NCBI GenBank assembly: GCA_012735215.1
Contig: JAAYHX010000005.1
Span: 2,017 to 66,016, forward strand
DNA: 64,000 nt
Source of the DNA: Tissierellia bacterium
GTDB lineage: Bacteria; Bacillota; Clostridia; Tissierellales; Tepidimicrobiaceae
Reading direction: 5' to 3'
Numbering within the stretch: position 1 is the first letter of the stretch; each line of letters begins with the position of its first letter. Shown one piece after another: positions 61,957 through 64,000 of this stretch. Below the pieces are notes generated by a model, which did no database searches, was not told the origin of the DNA, and worked only from the letters and a program-made list of their open reading frames with translations. The translations under genes were made by a program, and so were the position numbers.

Positions 61957-63299
61957 ATTATCCCCTCCAGTACTGAACTTAGTTTATCAATTTCCTCTTT
62001 TGTCCTCTTTTCTGTAACCGCATAGAGGATACCATTTTTGTATTGGGGATAATCTTTTTCTAATGCATAGCCGCCTAATATGTCTTCATCCAACAGAGCC
62101 TTACTTACTTTATCAGGAGCTAGGTCACTGGTTACTGCAAATTCCATAAAGAATGGCTTGTCAAACAGTGGTTTATATTTGCCTGATTTTGTTATCTGTT
62201 TAAAAGCATAATGAGCTTTTTGAGCCGACTGTATAGCCACTTCTCTTAGGCCCTTCTTGCCTAGACTTACCAAATATACTACAGCGGCCAAGGTGTTAAG
62301 GCCTTGATTAGAACAGATATTTGAGGTAGCCTTTTCTCTCCTAATATGCTGCTCCCTAGCCTGTAAAGTGAGCACGTATCCTCTGTTTCCATCTAGATCC
62401 ACTGTCTCACCAACTATTCTTCCAGGCATCTTTCTCATAAACTCTTTCTTAGTTGCAATATATCCTAAATAGGGTCCTCCAAATTGTAGAGAAACCCCAA
62501 GAGGTTGCCCTTCTCCTACTACTATATCCACTCCCAAGGTGGAAGGTTTCTTTAACAATCCTAAGGAAATAGGATTCATGCTAGCTATAAGCAAAGTTTT
62601 CTTTATACTGTGGGTCACTTCCTCAATGGCTTTCAAATCCTCAATAATTCCAAAGAAGTTTGGATTTTGAACTATTACTGCTGCAGTTTTATCACTGAGC
62701 TTTTCCCTCAATTCTTCTAGGTTTGTAACTCCGCCCTCTTCATCAACTTCTACTATCTCTAAGTTTTGTAAATGGGCATAGGTCTTGAGGATCTCTCTGT
62801 ATTGAGGATTCACTGTTTTAGATATGATAATTTGCTTCCTCCTAGTTATATCAGCAGCCATAAAAGCTGCTTCAGCAATTGCTGTACCGCCATCATATAG
62901 GGAAGCATTAGATACATCCATTCCAGTCAAGTTACATATCAGTGTTTGATACTCAAATATATATCTTAAAGTCCCTTGACTTACTTCAGGCTGGTATGGA
63001 GTATAGGATGTATAGAATTCACTCTTTGAAGTAATATGTCCTATTATTGATGGAATGTAATGATCATAAGCTCCAGCTCCTAAAAAGCAAGTCATTTGGT
63101 TGATGGATTTATTCTTCTGAGCCAACTTTGTTAGATATCTTGATACCTCTAATTCGGACATTGATGGGTGTAAATTAAGCTCCCTGTTTAACTTAACATT
63201 TTCAGGTATATCCTTAAATAGTTCATCAATTGAACTTACCCCTATGGCTTCCAGCATCTGCCTTTCATCATCTGGTGTATTTGGAATGTAGGTATACAT
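61953..63299 (-). CDS. gcvPA: glycine dehydrogenase (decarboxylating) subunit 1
   Basis: 448 aa. GcvPA family. 4-nt overlap with gcvPB. Confidence 0.95.
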   Translation of the reverse strand: MYTYIPNTPDDERQMLEAIGVSSIDELFKDIPENVKLNRELNLHPSMSELEVSRYLTKLAQKNKSINQMTCFLGAGAYDHYIPSIIGHITSKSEFYTSYTPYQPEVSQGTLRYIFEYQTLICNLTGMDVSNASLYDGGTAIAEAAFMAADITRRKQIIISKTVNPQYREILKTYAHLQNLEIVEVDEEGGVTNLEELREKLSDKTAAVIVQNPNFFGIIEDLKAIEEVTHSIKKTLLIASMNPISLGLLKKPSTLGVDIVVGEGQPLGVSLQFGGPYLGYIATKKEFMRKMPGRIVGETVDLDGNRGYVLTLQAREQHIRREKATSNICSNQGLNTLAAVVYLVSLGKKGLREVAIQSAQKAHYAFKQITKSGKYKPLFDKPFFMEFAVTSDLAPDKVSKALLDEDILGGYALEKDYPQYKNGILYAVTEKRTKEEIDKLSSVLEGII

Positions 63300-63306
63300 A
63301 ATCAGC

Positions 63307-63690
63307 TTATACCTCCTCCTCCAAATACTTTTCGTACTCTTCGCTTGTCATTAATTCATCTAATTGTGATTTGTCTGCAAATTCAAATTTTACAATCCAG
63401 TTCTTATATGGATCTTCATTTAGCAATGCAGGCTCATCCAAAAGAGCTTCATTTACTTCCAATATTTTACCAGAAACTGGCATATATACATCAGAAGCTG
63501 CTTTTACAGATTCTACTGCTGAAACAACTTCATCTTTTTCAAACTCATCATCTACTTCTGGCAACTCAACATAAACGATATCACCAAGTTGATCTTGGGC
63601 ATAGTCTGTTAGACCAATGTATCCCTCGTCTCCATCTACTTTTACCCACTCATGATCCTTTGTGTAATACAAATCTTTTAATACTTTCAT
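63307..63690 (-). CDS. gcvH: glycine cleavage system H protein
   Basis: 127 aa. Lipoyl-Lys motif [11 protein letters not shown]. Confidence 0.95.
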   Translation of the reverse strand: MKVLKDLYYTKDHEWVKVDGDEGYIGLTDYAQDQLGDIVYVELPEVDDEFEKDEVVSAVESVKAASDVYMPVSGKILEVNEALLDEPALLNEDPYKNWIVKFEFADKSQLDELMTSEEYEKYLEEEV

Positions 63691-63707
63691 AATTCATACC
63701 TCCTTGA

Positions 63708-64000
63708 CTATTTTTTTAAAAATCTTCTACTTATTATTTTAGCCTTAACAGGCTTATTTCTAATCATAATATCAATTTCATTGCCTAAATCAGCTTCACT
63801 GCTATCAATAAGGGCATTTCCAATATTCTTCTTTAGGGTTGGAGAAAGATAGCCTGTAGTTACATAGCCAATCTTTTTACCATCCTTATAAACTTCATAG
63901 CCTTCTCTTGGTATGCCCCTTCCTAAGAGTTCAAAGCCAACAATCTTTCTCTTTAGGCCTTCCTCCCATTGTTTCTTAAGTGCTTCCTTGCCAATAAAGT
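63708..64000 (-). CDS. gcvT: aminomethyltransferase (T-protein), C-terminal fragment running off the window
   Basis: Manual translation: ...FIGKEALKKQWEEGLKRKIVGFELLGRGIPREGYEVYKDGKKIGYVTTGYLSPTLKKNIGNALIDSSEADLGNEIDIMIRNKPVKAKIISRRFLKK*. This is a typical GcvT C-terminal barrel. Stop codon at 63708-63710. Confidence 0.9.
   Translation of the reverse strand, partial: FIGKEALKKQWEEGLKRKIVGFELLGRGIPREGYEVYKDGKKIGYVTTGYLSPTLKKNIGNALIDSSEADLGNEIDIMIRNKPVKAKIISRRFLKK

Noticed and set aside
1-64000. I looked for CRISPR arrays, IS elements or transposases, integrases, prophage or defence-island genes, and rRNA.
   Set aside because: None found. There are no repeat-spacer periodicity, no terminal inverted repeats flanking ORFs, and no recombinase-like ORFs. 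The only stable RNA gene seen is tRNA-Leu.

Overview
The window reads as core chromosome from a low-GC, anaerobic, endospore-forming Firmicute. The Clostridia-like assignment rests on cotJABC, an alpha/beta SASP, ptb-buk, a 2-oxoacid:ferredoxin oxidoreductase, an [FeFe]-hydrogenase, rubredoxin and rubrerythrin. About 66 genes are tightly packed, nearly all on the minus strand. In coordinate order they are cls, typA, engB-lon, clpX, clpP, tig, tRNA-Leu(UAG), glmM, cca, a fabH-K-D-G-acpP-fabF cluster with divergent fabZ, ptb-buk-ATPase-OFOR, cdaA-cdaR, oppABCDF, a Crp-like regulator with two ABC exporter genes, a NitT/TauT-type ABC importer, a hydrogenase pair, and gcvT-H-PA-PB-lpd. I saw no transposases, integrases, phage genes, CRISPR arrays or long repeats. 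All calls come from reading motifs by eye; no database search was run. Five signals stand out. (1) A GC-rich leader at 26154-26261 (-) matches the ydaO-type c-di-AMP riboswitch core and is followed by an intrinsic terminator. It gates an uncharacterised two-gene operon: an opine-dehydrogenase-like gene and a B12-domain/TIM-barrel gene with a CxHxxG variant motif. (2) The NuoF/GltD-like partner of the [FeFe]-hydrogenase is interrupted by one in-frame TGA, and the downstream part has no RBS. That makes it a candidate selenoprotein, or otherwise a pseudogene. (3) An HPr paralogue has Ser in place of His15 and keeps Ser46 (Crh-like). (4) A ParA/MinD-like ATPase is embedded between buk and the OFOR genes. 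(5) A promoter-terminator leader sits directly in front of the ABC exporter pair.
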